A DNA stretch of 60,825 nucleotides, the filler included, from Sphacelaria rigidula (taxonomy: Eukaryota): the NCBI GenBank assembly GCA_964200075.2. It is 4 parts of 4 records of this genome, joined end to end, with 100 filler letters (N's around TTAATTAATTAA, not from the genome) between each part and the next. Parts side by side here need not be neighbours in the genome. Positions count along the whole stretch, not along the records: positions 15,234 to 30,365 come from CAXNAA020001893.1; positions 30,466 to 45,596 come from CAXNAA020001894.1; 2 more parts are not named here. One strand, given 5' to 3'. Shown piece by piece: positions 25,098 to 38,400 of the stretch. The notes beneath the pieces are model-generated. The model worked only from the letters and a program-made list of their open reading frames with translations. It searched no databases and was not told where the DNA came from. Made by a program: the position numbers and the translations under genes. Each line of letters starts with the position of its first letter. Position 1 is the first letter of the stretch.

Positions 25098-25292
25098 GTG
25101 GGGACCGCGTGCTTAGAGGACCGCATCGGAATTCGAGCACCCCTATGGTTAGGGTTAGGGTTAGTGTTGGGGTTAGGGTCAGGGGCGTGGTACCTGCAGG
25201 GACTGACCCGATTGGTTTTGGAAAACGTCGATCCTGAGGTAGTTTGAACTACGGCGCGGTCCGCTAAGCACGCGTTCCTCTCACGCATTACA
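25097..25292. mobile_element. Copy of the TGT...ACA element with internal TTAGGG hexamers
   Basis: Aligns with 4280-4469. It contains GGTTAGGGTTAGGGTTAG and ends CCTCTCACGCATTACA. The left end is degraded. Confidence 0.7.
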
Positions 25293-26455
25293 CGTACTGC
25301 TCCAAGTTGATACTCGTAGGGGGTTTAGGTGGGTCTGACCCCCACTCTGCCTTGAGCAAAGCGTGCGAACGCTCGAGGTGCCTCTCCCACATGACTGTTG
25401 CGAGGCAGTCTAGCCGAGCCTCGAGCCGATTGCCGAAATTTCACACCTTCTCCCATTTTGTTTATTTGTCGATAATGAAGGCGCTAATCGGCACACGAAC
25501 CGGCTTGCGGGGTAAGTGTTGGGTCATAGGTTTCCTCCTTCCACAACGGAAAAGAAAACAGTCCCCGCCAACGATACGAGACCTCGTACTGTGGTTCATA
25601 CGAACGACTGGGCGTGTTGTGCGATGCAAAAATCGAGGAAGGTGATGCCGACGAATGGCCCCAAAACGAACTCCTTGTATGTTAAAGAAGAAGAAATAGA
25701 TGGATGGGTACGGGTGCGTGATGCCGATCACAAAAATAATACAAAAAGACCGAGCAGGGCATGTTACCGGGAGGTACTTTGTAAGCTGTTTTAGCCCCAA
25801 TAGCACAACCGTGACGACGATGAATGCCGATATCTATGTCGCGCGGCGGGAGGGCTCACAGAACTAAAGACGGACTCGCCGAATCCCCGAACCCAGTGAC
25901 TCGCAACCCCCACCCCCTTGTTTTCCGGACATACGCGCACAGGAGGGCAACAACGGTGCCCCGCAGAAAAAAATGTAGTACCGCATGTATGTGTGAGGGC
26001 ACCAGGCTCTCGCGAAATTCCGCTGAAAGCAGACAGTAATGGTGCCCGCACTGGATCCGAGGTATGTAGAGGGCATTTGAGGGTTTTTGTTTGAATACGC
26101 GCGACGACGGGGAGAAAAGATCAGGCTTGAATTCAGGCCTATGATATCCCGGCCGCCTGCTCCCGACACAGTTCTGCCATGAAGATGGAGGCACTAACAC
26201 GTTGTAGAAACGGGCTGGGACGAGATGGATTGAGCTTCCACGCGAAGAAGAGCAGGGTACGACACTATAATAGAACGTTTTCGATCGTGTCCATCATTGC
26301 CATTCCGTTTAGTGGATCTACTATTATATTAAATCCGTATATATATGACAAAGGATGAACGGCAAAAAAAAGCCAGGTAGTTCACATCTATGGCTGAAGT
26401 TGCTTCCGAACCGCCACTCGAACACGGCTGCAACACTCACGTCGGGGTATCTTAA

Positions 26456-26667
26456 CCCTTAGACCGCGAGTTTAGTCTTCTGTTGAATTGGCTGTTGAAT
26501 CGGCATCAATTTCAAGTGAAGAAAAGTATGCATGATCAAGAAAGACTAATCTCGCCGTCCAAGGGTTCACGGTTAGACAGCGAGGGTAGGTCATCTGGTG
26601 AATCGGCATCAATTTCACTTGAAAAAAGTATGCATGATCCAGATAGACTACCCTCGCGGGGTAAGGG
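26456..26667. mobile_element. piggyBac-type MITE (TTAA TSD, CCCTT termini) with an internal direct repeat
   Basis: TTAA|CCCTTAGACCGCGAG ... CTCGCGGGGTAAGGG|TTAA. The internal TGAATCGGCATCAATTTCA...GACTA unit occurs twice. Confidence 0.85.
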
Positions 26668-27989
26668 TTAATCTGGATATATAAGTGCAGTCTGCAGCGC
26701 CAGCCCGTATGGGCGCGACCCCATTGTACTGTTGCTGACACAAGAAGTGAAGTTGTTTTGCTGTATTACAGCCCCATGATGACCTCAATGACACGGCTCC
26801 GCTTCCCACTCTCCTTGCCTTTCAAGGAATAATACGCTACTATCGCAATATCATGCATGCAGTACTGCTGTACAACTAACTCAGTTCAGCCGATACCCGC
26901 TCGGCAAGAGATGCAGGATACTTCGAAAAACAATTCGTGCCGCGGCGAAACACGAATCCAGCAACGACACCTGCCTTGGATGGGAGTCAAGTGGATTATC
27001 GACTAGTTGCAGTCTTCCAGTATCCGAGTGGGGCTACTGCGCTCTCGGCAACACAAGTAGTAATTACATGGCTGCATGTGCTTCTTGTGCGCGTTTACCG
27101 TCTGTACCTGTACCGTTCACTCGGAAGGTACAACAGCATAGCTGACGAATGAGCAGCTCGGTGATTTTGTGACTATACCTGGCGCATTCAGCATGATAAG
27201 ACAAACACCAACCGTGTAAGAACGCGGTTATTGATTGGGTTGCTCAGATTATACGTATCAACAGTTTACGTTCCACGGGAAAGATTTGCTGTGTTCCGGC
27301 ACTTGCTTCCGTTCTCGAAACATAGAGAGCCAGTTACGCGCCTACCCTACTGTTAGTTCTTTCTGTATTTTGCGGTGTTCTTCAACGTATGAAAAGCGAA
27401 AGGATTGGCGCAACAACAACAGTACAGGATAATATAAAGATACTCGTACACGACTGTACAGAACAATAAGTTTACAACAGACTAGGTGAAATGACCGGCG
27501 GGCGGTATTCTAACACCACCAAGATCAAAATTACTCCACCTGAAGCCGCCGTGGGCATGTTTGCCGTCTTGGCTCACCACCGTTCTCTGCTCGCTCGAAC
27601 TGGCCTCTATCGATAGCGATGAGGCGTCGATCGATCGCGCTGACTGATGCTATGACGCCTTTGGAGGGTGTGACTTTGATGCGCGTTCAAAGTGAAGGGC
27701 GGCGACCGAGAGGCCTTTTTGTAGATCTCAGTCAAATCGGAGTTTTTTCGAGGTTTCGTTACAGTATGTACAGGGTATGGATAGTACTGTAAAACCGTGA
27801 TAGTGGTCGATGTCGTTGCTGATGGTGTGACGTGGCCCGACGTTTCTCATCTTTTCGTGTCATGCCGAATATATCCCGCGGCGTAAATCGCGCTTACCGA
27901 CATCGACAGCGGCGAGCGTTGTTCGTTTTTCTGAAGGCTCCCAATTTTTGTGTCTGGGCGATATATACAAATATATAGTCCATGGGTGA

Positions 27990-28578
27990 TGTTATTTCCA
28001 AGTCGCGACTTGGGCAGTCACATATAGTTATCAGGTTATTATGTCCAAGTCCAGCTGCGATTCGACTACCTGCCCGCGTTCGTGCCGTGTGCCTTGTATT
28101 GACACAACAACACCCGGAATACACTCACACACAGTCCATAGCCATCGTCCAAGCCATCGCACGGTGCAAACCAAAGGATGTGACAACAAGCTGATATGAC
28201 AAAAAGCTCCTTTTTTGCCTTTTCGCCATATCCTTTGGTGCAAATGGCCTCGTAGCGGACGAGAAACGCGCCTGCTACATGCTGTAGTAGTGCCAAAAAA
28301 TACTGCCGCCCGACTGGAGGTGGACGTGGGTGGACATGAGTTATATGTCCAAGTCGCGACTTGGACACAGCTTATGTCCACCTCCAGCGAGTGAAATACC
28401 TGTCCGCGCTCGTCCCATGTGCCTTGCATCGACACCACAGCAGCTGCAATACACTCACACCGCCCGTACCCATCGTTCAAGCCGTCGCACGGTGCGATCG
28501 GCCTCGTAGAGGACAAGAAACGCGCCTACCATACACATAGTGCCAAAAAGTATCGACCGACTGGAGTTGGACACATAA
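27990..28578. repeat. Two head-to-tail units of a repeat with subterminal inverted repeats and a junction palindrome
   Basis: Units at about 27990-28340 and 28345-28578. Perfect palindrome TGTCCAAGTCGCGACTTGGACA at 28346-28367. A partial third copy lies at about 32705-32825. Confidence 0.75.
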
Positions 28579-29147
28579 AACTATGTGTTGCAGCAGTTTT
28601 GTAGCCGTCGGAGGTGGGTAACATGAACTTTTATCCCTGCGGTTTTGGAGAGCTTCGTCACATCATGAAAATCTAGAGAAATAGAGTATTATGAGTGAGA
28701 TGGGTGATATATATTGTATGCACTGAGCCAAACATGATACTGTACAGTAGTTGACAATCCCTCAGGGAAGACAGTGCTGTAGTAGTGGATGCCTGTGCAA
28801 AATAAGACGCATTTGGCGTTTCGCACCTCTTCGAGCAATAAGAATTTTGATTCAAGCGTTTCTGCTGTAATCGGAGAGAAAATAAACCCCGAGCCTCGCT
28901 CGAAATAAGAGTTTCTTAACATCTGCCACGCTCTCTATGTAGTGCTGGAATAAGGTAGTACAAGGGGCGTGGTGCGGACGGGGCAGTAGACAGGATGAAT
29001 CGAGGAATCATGGGTGGAAAACTCAAGGTTCCAACAGGTTTCACGTATCATATCATGTATCATGATATGATATATATGACACCCTAGTATTGGCCCGCTC
29101 ACGCATCAAAATATCGGTGAGATCACTGCCTCTTTTCCTGACAGCAA

Positions 29148-30212
29148 TACAATTACATGACGTGGGCCCCGCGCCGCGAACACCAGGACTACTTGCTGAA
29201 AAACGTATACTACGGGCTCCTCCTGCGACTCATCGGGTACCGGCGAGTGCACGGTACATACTGATAGCTTTCGTATGGACAGGCCCTTAAGAAGACCGGA
29301 TGCCAAAGTGCCGAAGCCATCGTCCGACAACGACGACGACTGCTGTTCGCGGGAGCTCTGGCTGGACAATCGGACGGGCGACTACCGAAGCGACTAGCAT
29401 TCGGAACACTAGTCGGGGGGGAGGGTCCAGGACCGCAGGGTGCCTAGAACAAAACTGTCCGAAGTACCTGTGGGATGATCTCCTCCACGCTTTCGGAGCC
29501 ACAGACGGATCTACGGACGACAACCGCCAGACATTTGGAATTGACCGCGTCCTATGGCCCTTAGCGGCGAAAAAGGAGGTGGGGTCGCCGTGGCACGCGG
29601 GAGCGCGGGAGTGCTGCAGGGAGCGGAGAGGTTCATGACCTCAGGGCATAGAAATGAAGAGGAGGTCAGCCGACTGCGTGCGATTGGACGGGACACCAAC
29701 GAAGCCAACACAGCAGTGACGACGGTCCAGAGAAAGGGGGGGGGGGGGTGAACCCCCTCGATGAGGGGTGTCATACAGGGCTTGTCTTGATACACCTGGT
29801 ATGGTTGTACGTATGGCTGTCCCTCGAGAGGTCGAAGGAAAGAACCTTGCGATTCTTAGTTTTTTGCTTGATGGTCTTTAAGCCTTGAGTTTCGCCCGTA
29901 GTCGGATCCTATGTACACTTGGCCTCGCGCGTCGAGTTGGAAGGCCGGGTGCCACCCCCTGAAGTCCGAATGGCCACCTGCGGGACCGCATCTTCTGGGG
30001 GTAGCCATCACATTAATAATATTAATCATTCTCCTTCTTCTTCATTATTCATTCCTGCTTTGCCTGTATCGCGCGCTTTTGTGTTGTTGTTTTTTTTCTT
30101 GTGGGTCATTTTTTGTTTTTGTTTTGTTTTGTATTATTTCATCATACCTTATTATAGTCAGCTAGCCTGTGACTACGGAGGCGTCCGCATTAGATGCCCA
30201 GTACGAATGTAC
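29148..30212 (+). mobile_element. 5'-truncated, degenerate RTE-type LINE (RT C-terminal region plus 3' UTR)
   Basis: Reads MTWAPRREH...LLLRLIGYRRVHGTY**LSYGQALKKTGCQSAEAIVRQRRRLLFAGALAGQSDGRLPKRLAFGTLVGGEGPG, then after frameshifts DDLLHAFGATDGST...WPLAAKK...GAERFMT. RLPK..FG.L is characteristic of RTE-clade C-termini. The following ~500 bp recurs inverted at 46084-46537. Confidence 0.8.
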
Positions 30213-30365
30213 GACACTTTCTACGATACCCCCCCCCAAACCAGCTAAAAGTGTCATGAAAAAAATGGCCATACAGCGCCTGATGTTCGGGTTCAGGCTG
30301 CATGAAGCACCTCATCTTGGCGACATTGTTGGCTAGAACGAACCCAAGCGTGGGAATTCCCTGCT
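30213..30365. mobile_element. GACAC MITE copy, truncated by an assembly gap
   Basis: GACACTTTCTACGATACCCCCC..., homologous to 245-495. Confidence 0.8.
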
Positions 30366-33300
30366 NNNNNNNNNNNNNNNNNNNNNNNNNNNNNNNNNNN
30401 NNNNNNNNNTTAATTAATTAANNNNNNNNNNNNNNNNNNNNNNNNNNNNNNNNNNNNNNNNNNNNGGCTTTGTCGGGGCGGACCCCCGATGGGGATGGCG
30501 TCGCTTGGCGATGACACCATAAAATACGCAACTCACTGCGTAAGCTAGGCAACCAGGTTACCGTTTCTTTTGCGCGCTTTCGTTTTTTTGCGGTAACCAT
30601 GACGGTCGTCGAGCTAGATCATGTTGTGCGGCGTGGGAGAACCTCAACTCCGCACAATGGGGATGATCGCACCACGCAGTGTTTACATGGTGAGACATCG
30701 ATGAGGCAGAGTATAAGCCGTGGCTGTCTTTGGAAGTGGCAATGCCAGAAAATATAGAAACTCATTATAGGCTGTCATCCAAATGCACGGTAACCAGTAG
30801 GCTTCAGGTCGAACAATCTTAGCAGGATGCAGCTCACCCTTCATGCGACTCACCGAACACATCACGGCGCTTCGCTCTTGGTTATTGAGTGCGAGCCTGG
30901 TCCGGCGAAAACTGTACCGTCCTGGCTTTGTGGGGATGCGAGGTCAACGGTCATATGACTACGGCATGCATGATCATGCGTACAACTCCCCCTGCCCCCC
31001 CCCATCCCTTGCCCTGTGACTATTTCATTATCCCATTCAGGCACCAGGGCGCGGCGCGAAGCTGCTCTGTCCCCTACTGAATACCTCTGTTACGGAACGT
31101 GCCTTTTATAGCGAAGTGTGAGGAATTCGCCATGCGGAAAGTGTGCATGAGGCCATGCTCCAGTTCGTGTCTTTCGTAGGCGGCGCGTGGTGAAAACATC
31201 ACAGGCTATTTATTTACCAGTTCTGCTTTGGGTACTGTACCTACTTGTTGATTGTCTGCTGTTGTTTACATCGGCAGAATCAAAAAGAAGGGTATCGCGG
31301 GAATGACCTCACCAGCCACAGTCTTACTGGATATATAGCGTGTGTGGAGAGACTGCCCTTCGCATGTATACATATCTAAATATGTCAAGTGTGCTTCTTG
31401 TCCTGGGATCATGTCAATCGCGCAGATAATGTTGAAGACCAGCACGCGAACTGAACAACATTCAACATTTTCCCTAAGGGCGATATCAATAAGTCGCCAT
31501 CCCCTCATTCCCCCTTCTCGACCACGTCACCGCAATATGTGCGTGCTCACACGCATCGGTATAGGGAACACACGCCAGAAAATCAGCGATGGGGGTCGAA
31601 CGTCTGTAAGACGGTAGATTTCAGTTCCATCCTTACATAATATATATTATAATTCGCACCGAGTTCGTCGGTACAGGTTGTTACAGTATATCATAATGAT
31701 AAGTTGATATCAGCAATTTTCTCGTTGTTTTCCATGGTTCTTACACGATTTTTGTTCCGGAGTTCTGGTGGATACTTTTGTATATATATGATGGTGCACT
31801 ACTTGACCTTTGTCACCACGGAGAGCTCAAGAGAGTGGCATGTTCGAGCGCACTTTATTTCCCTTCGTTAGCTTGCTGCAGCGCAGGACATCAGCTGCAA
31901 TGGAGCTACTGTAGTATTACAACACATACACCCAGCGTCGATCATATTTTCACACGCACCAAGTCAATATGAAGCAGGCGCACGGTATAGTCTACATTCG
32001 AAGGGAAGCGGCACCCTCGCACACGGGGTCGCTTCCGCAAGAGAGAAATACATTCACGTTAGCTGTTGTTCTCTGTAAAGAGTGCTCGGTGGTCACACCC
32101 GTGATTTCTGAGCACGTTACAACTCAACTTTCGTTCGGTTGCGGCACCTACTGTGCCATCTGTGCTATAAGATGAGCCAGCTCTTGCCAGCCCGTAAGCA
32201 CGGTATCCGTACACGAATGTTTTGCCCGACAAGTGTTCGACCCGTAGATACGAACCTACGTTTTTTTCAATCTAAACTGATGAGCTGATCAAGAACGCCC
32301 TTTCAAAACAACATGGATAAATAACCTTAGGCAGCTAGTGGGGGCAGTGGAGCTGTTGTCGCAGACCGGGGGGGAGGGGGGCGTACTAATTTGTTTCTTG
32401 CTGTAGTTGTTTGGCCATTGACTACGCATCCCTTTCGATACGGGTGGTGGGGGGGGGGGGGGGGGGGAGCGCCGTTTGAGGGGGGCGGCGGGGGGGGGGG
32501 GGGGGGAGGACTTTTTTTTTTGGTTTTGTCTAATTACGGCNNNNNNNNNNTGGGGTGGGGTGCGGGCGTGGGGGGGGGGGGGGGGGGGGGGGGGGGCGGC
32601 GTTTGGCGGCGGCGGCGGGGGAGGGGGGCGTGAACTACTTATATTTTTGGGTCTTGCTACTTACGTCAACGTTGACGTAATCTGTTACATCCGTCAATCT
32701 TCAGCATCCGTCCCACAAGCCCCGCATGGACACAGCAACACATGGAAAACACTCACACAGTCTCTAGCATCGTTCAAGCCATCGCACGGAGCAAACGAAC
32801 CCGTAACGGATGAGATACATGCTTATGGCAGAGTGGCACTCCTTGGAACATCCTCCTACCACTACCGCATATCTCGTGTATTCGCGGAGGCTCCCTGTAT
32901 AATCGTCGGCGGTGCCGCGATAGCCCCGCCCAGAGACCTAGCTGGTTTGAGGAGTCAAAATCTACATGTAAATTAATAAACGAATGTAAATAAGTAAACG
33001 AAAATTGAGCACATCGAGCAGCTCGGAGCCCCCACCCCTGGTATCATATTCGCTAATAATTAATGTCGCTCATATGAGGCGCGTCATGTACCCTGGAATC
33101 AGCTGTAATGCACCGTACGGCCATTTTCTTCGTGACAGTAATGCAGTAATGGGGGGGGGTATCACGGCGTCACTCCGCCACGGGGTGTGCGGCAGTAGCA
33201 CGCGTCTCATTTCACGTGCATCGATCGATCGCACACTCATTTGAGTCTCACTTTTCGATCGTGGTGAGCAAATTTTTCACTTTTTCCATGCCACCAAGAC

Positions 33301-33890
33301 TAGTGTAGCGTGTGACCGGAGCTGAGTCACAGGACGCGACATCAAACATGTGGTCTAGGGAAGATTCATTCGCTCTCCATGCATTCATGAGTGGATCACA
33401 GTCTGGAACGTCAAATTAAGTGATGAATGTGCTGGAGTTCGATTGATCGGCCGACAACAACATTTTCGTGAGATTGAGAATGGAGAGTATTATGAACAGA
33501 GAGAAGCGGCCAATTAATAATGAATGAATAGTTTCAGTTCCGAAAAGCCCCTTCACGAGGCCCGATACGCTTTCTGTAGTAGCTTGCCACTGAAATTTTG
33601 ATGTCCCCGAGTAAGATATCGTTGTGTAGCCGTATGCACATAGGTGTTACAGGCAGAAAAAAAAACCGTGAAGAATAGAAACTTAGTTAAGTTCGAGCGA
33701 ATGATAGAACCCACTCGAAATCAACCCTTTACTCCTAATCTCACGAAGATATTGTCATTTGTCCCGCACCACCCAAAATGACAACATTTACTCGTATCGA
33801 AAGCTGCTCTTCCTTTGATTATGACGCGACTCGTTTCTATTTTTGCTGACAAGAGATACAATCTCCTATGGGAGGTTGGAAGAAGAAACG

Positions 33891-34169
33891 GACACTTTTT
33901 ACGATACCCCCCCCCCCCAGAACCAGGCTGAAAGTGTCACGCAAAAAAATGGTCATACAGCACCTACCTGATGTTTGAGTCCACGCTGCATGAAGCGCCT
34001 CATATGGGCGACATTGGCAAGAACGAACCCAAGCGTTGAAATTCCCAGCTGATTCTTGTGCTCGACTTTTTCTATTTCGATTTAGGTGAAGATTTTGCCT
34101 CCCCAAACCAGGCACACTTTTTTTTGTTTGGGGGAGGGGGGGGAAGGCTGTTGTATCGTAAAAAGTGTC
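33891..34169. mobile_element. GACAC MITE copy with AACG TSD
   Basis: AACG|GACACTTTTTACGATAC ... GTATCGTAAAAAGTGTC|AACG. Confidence 0.88.
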
Positions 34170-35437
34170 AACGTTGGAGAAAAACATGCACTTCGGCTGT
34201 GTTTTCACGATCGAGAAGAGTGTCGAGCGGATCTGCGACATCGAAAATGCTATTTCGACTCCTCGAGAGGATTACAGTGTACGCTTCGGATTCTTCGTGC
34301 TCGCTTGTTGACTTTGGGCCAAAATCATCGAGCAATTCGGAGAACTCGAAAGGGCTCCAAGTTTCTCGCGAGATATTTTTACTTTTGTTCCAAGTCAAAA
34401 TGTGCACAAAAGTCGGCTCTCTTTTCAACCACAACTGACTGAAAAACACGGTGAATATTAGCTTGGTGACCAGAGTGTTGGGATTAACGCGACGGGCAGA
34501 TCTGTTTTTCGAATATGATGTTCAATGAAGGTTGTATTTTTGGGCGTCGACAACAAACGAGTTTGACGGGAACTTGGTGCGGGCATCGGCAACATTCTCC
34601 CACCCACATGAAAGCACACACCATCGAAATCCAGGAATTATTAATTATCTCACCCTACAAAAGTGGCAGCCGGCCGTCACAACTAGACTTGGCCCATGCT
34701 CTGTCTTCCCAGACAACCAACACGCTACCTTCAGAGTGAGCGCATCCTGTTGGATGCTAATAGAGCCGATCGCCGGTAGGGAGTAAGGACGGGTTCACAG
34801 CCGCACTGATTTCAACGAGTCCGTTCGCCAACAACACTAATTTGATACCACACCACTCGTTCAACACAATTTGACCACTACAACAAACAACGAGATACAC
34901 CACGAGTTGTACACGCCTAGACTGTCCATGCCACGCGCCAACTTGAGGAACAAGAGTTGGATGCAAGCATCTTGTTTTCACTCCACTCGTTGACAGTGCT
35001 ACTGAGGCATCGAAAAAAAATGAGCTCAGCTTCCATCAAAGACCAGCTTCCATCCAGACCACAGACCATTTAAGACCCAACAGCCGAGAAACGTAAGAAT
35101 TCAGCTCTGGGGAGTACATTAGTGAACATTCCTGTTTTCTCAGCCAGAGAAGCATCGCTATAGCTGCTGATCTCACCGACTGGCCAACAAATCAGCCTAC
35201 CATCAAGGTCCTATTATACCCTCTGGCGTGAACACAATTCCACTCTCCACAGTAAGTTCCGGAGCCACATTCCAGAACCATGCGGTATGTACACACTGCA
35301 GACTGCAATGGTACTTCTCAAGGCTCCGCTAACGAATAAAGTTATCACCCGAGCCCTACCCTGAGTTAGCTTTGCACACGCTGGCACCGAAATACTGCCA
35401 GAGTAGACCTCAACATCGGGGTCTCCTGCTCCTGAGC

Positions 35438-38400
35438 TCAGTCAACCTTGATAGCGCTGTAGATCTTGCGAACGAACCTGACAAAAGAAGAGCACAGGAC
35501 GAAAAGTTCCAGCATAATGTCGCCAGCGATTCTGTCTTTTCTAGCATACTTCGGGGAAGCTACAGAGATTTATCCGGTGACGGGCAGAAGGCAGCAAGCC
35601 AAGCAACGGTACGGAAGACATGCTTTCATCGCTACCAAGCACAAAGTAGATGCAATAAGTGCGTGGAAGCTGCACAGGAGAGGGCAGGTGTCTGGTTCGT
35701 CGCGTGTCCCTCGAAGCTCGACTCTTTGATACACTAATGATGCGCAACGCACAAATTGTTTCACGAAAATACGTAACAGAAAAGCAGACGACCGATCAGC
35801 TGGTACTCGTGATCATCACCACGAGTTTGTACAAAATAGCAAAAGGAAGGACATGGTTAGACAAAACTACGTATATAATCTTGCACGACAGTACGTTCTA
35901 CATCAACTTGCGGTAACGGTAACAGTAACGGTACCACGACCCTTGCCACGTACAAACACCGCAACAGTGACACAAGTTGGACGCCACAACGTCGACTAAT
36001 GCCTCAACACATGATTGACAGCGAGAACTTACCAGAAGCACGCGAAGAATCCACAGCTGCCCGTAAGCAAGAAGAACGTGAGAGCGATCACCAGCATATA
36101 GCCGAAGTACACCATGGTAGGGACGAAGCCGGTTATAGGGAGTTTGGAGTAGAAGAACCAAATGGAGTACACGAAGAGGTACCCCGCACTCGACCCCGCA
36201 GACAAGAACGCGCGCCACCACCTGTACAACAGAGTTATCACATGTAGCACATGTAGCACATGTAGCAGAGGTGGGCATTCCCGTGACAAACGTTTGACTG
36301 ATGAGTTTCATTCTCCGCAAACTTGATTTGCGCGTCATGTCGAAAATTTCACTTGGGCGTTCAACTCGTCGTGATTCGACACGCACGAAAGTCGTCAAAG
36401 TCATGTACAAGGCGCACGTTCTACCCTCAGCGTGCCTGCTATGTGATAGATGCTGACACAGAGGAATGCGCATCATTGCGTACCGATGAGCGGGTGGGAA
36501 GCCTTGAATCGTACGTTCGAGCTCAGCTACTCCACCTTTCCCCGGAGCAAGTTCCACTCCAGTTCGAATGCCAATGATGAAACAAAAGTTCAACGTCGAC
36601 GACTATTGGTTGTTTCAATGGTTTCGTCGGGGAAGGCACGAGATCATGAGCTGGCGAAAAAAAAAAAAGACGATGGGCTACGGGAGCGCTGATGCCTTCG
36701 AACGTACGGACTCTTCTTGAGGAAGGGAGGGGAGGGGGATGAAAATATGACGAAAGCAGAGTAAAAATATCGACACTTTCATGTCAACCGACACAACGAA
36801 CCACAGTGCTTCAGCCTTCCAACAGCTTTTGCCTCCGGACACACAAGAAACGCAGTGCCACCATAGGGACAATCTGTCGCTGCTTGCCACACAAGCCCAA
36901 ACATTTCCATCCGTTGCGCGCATAGCATAGCACTCACCAGCGGTAGTCCTCATTACACAGCTGGAAGTAGCACATTACCATGGTAATTTCCGCGCAAGTG
37001 GCGATCAGGATGAAGAAAACCACGTACAAGAACGAAAATACGTAGTAGATCTACCGACGCGCGGGGGAAGGAAACCGAACACACGCGAGAAGGATAAAAA
37101 GACGGATCAAAACATCGTCACGGTGAACGCATTGCTTGTGCGGGTGGATCTCTAACCAATCTTCAAGCCGGAAATTGCTGAGATACGACGAAGATATCAC
37201 TGGTATCAACTATCGGAAACGCCCAGGCAGTTGAACATGAACACAAAATCCCCCAATGCAACACATGGGAAAGTGAGACAAACCTGATGCATCCAGAGGG
37301 CGCTCATGATGAAGAACAGCTCAATACACACCGCCCCGAACGGCAGGATCCCTCCAAGAGCAATTGCAAAAGCAGGGTGCGTGTACCACATCTGCTCCGG
37401 CACATGCCTGGTACGTCCATACATGCAAATGAACACATTTGGTGAGCACAGGCAGCGCCATCACGCCGACACAGCAGTCCCAGTCCCTGGTGCTGGGGGA
37501 CAAAAAACAACAGACACGTGCTAGCTGGGGACGACAATGATATCCTTCAATTCCAATAACCCCTAGCGTCACACGCAACAGAGGCGTCAGCATCATGTGA
37601 GGACTCGTGGCAAACCATCATTCACGAACTGACCAAATGCCCGCGACGACAAAAATGAGGCCCCCTAGGCATTTATTACTGCGTGTATACAAGGGTTACA
37701 TCAACAGCTCATCACCCCGTGACAACAGACTTCAACGCTCAAAGTCAGCGTGCGCACGCGAGGGGATCACCGCACAGACAGTACAAAACGCCGAGAGCCC
37801 AGCTGCTATACCAGACAGCCCCCCCCCCTCGCAGCCGCAAGTACCACACACGCACCTCGCGATTTGGTTCACCCTTACGGGGATAGTGTAAGTTTCAGCA
37901 CGGAAGCCGAAGTAACTTCCCACGAACACCAGCGGCATGCTTACGAAGAACCACAGGAAGAGCAGCAGCGCGAACATCGGCACGCTTATCGCCGTCGAGG
38001 CCTCTCGAGTCCACACCTGAAAACAAGCAGCACGATCAAGAGCAACATCAGTATCCCCGCACGTGGTCGTGTCACACCCAGCGTGGTGGATTAACTTTTC
38101 GTAGTGACCCCCAGTCGTGTCACGCCAGCACGACTGGCGACTTCACATCATCATCCGGCACGTGAAATAGACAGATCCTACAAGGAGCGACTGTTTGAAT
38201 ACTGTTTGAGGCGGACAAGCCGCCGGGGAACGCCGCTAACAGCGTTTGCAAGGGTGACTGGCGACCCACCAGCACATCGAGAGCCCAGTAGATGGCGAAC
38301 ACTATGGAAGGGAACAGCAGGGCCGTGACGAGCGTGCTGCGCTTCCACTTCTTGCCGTTAAAGAACTTGTAAACGGTCGCAGACCAGTAACCGGCGAACG

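Noticed and set aside
25560-25625. TRPRTVVHTNDW resembling the Merlin/IS1595 PGTxxHTDxW motif
   Set aside because: The catalytic Asp position is not matched and no flanking motifs or TIRs were seen.
31266-31330. SKTVAGEVIPAI resembling the E1 enzyme IAGxIIPAI motif
   Set aside because: Isolated, followed by unrelated residues and a stop; no other E1 exons found.
32440-32630. Gly-rich ORFs over poly-G
   Set aside because: Low-quality homopolymer sequence beside a gap.
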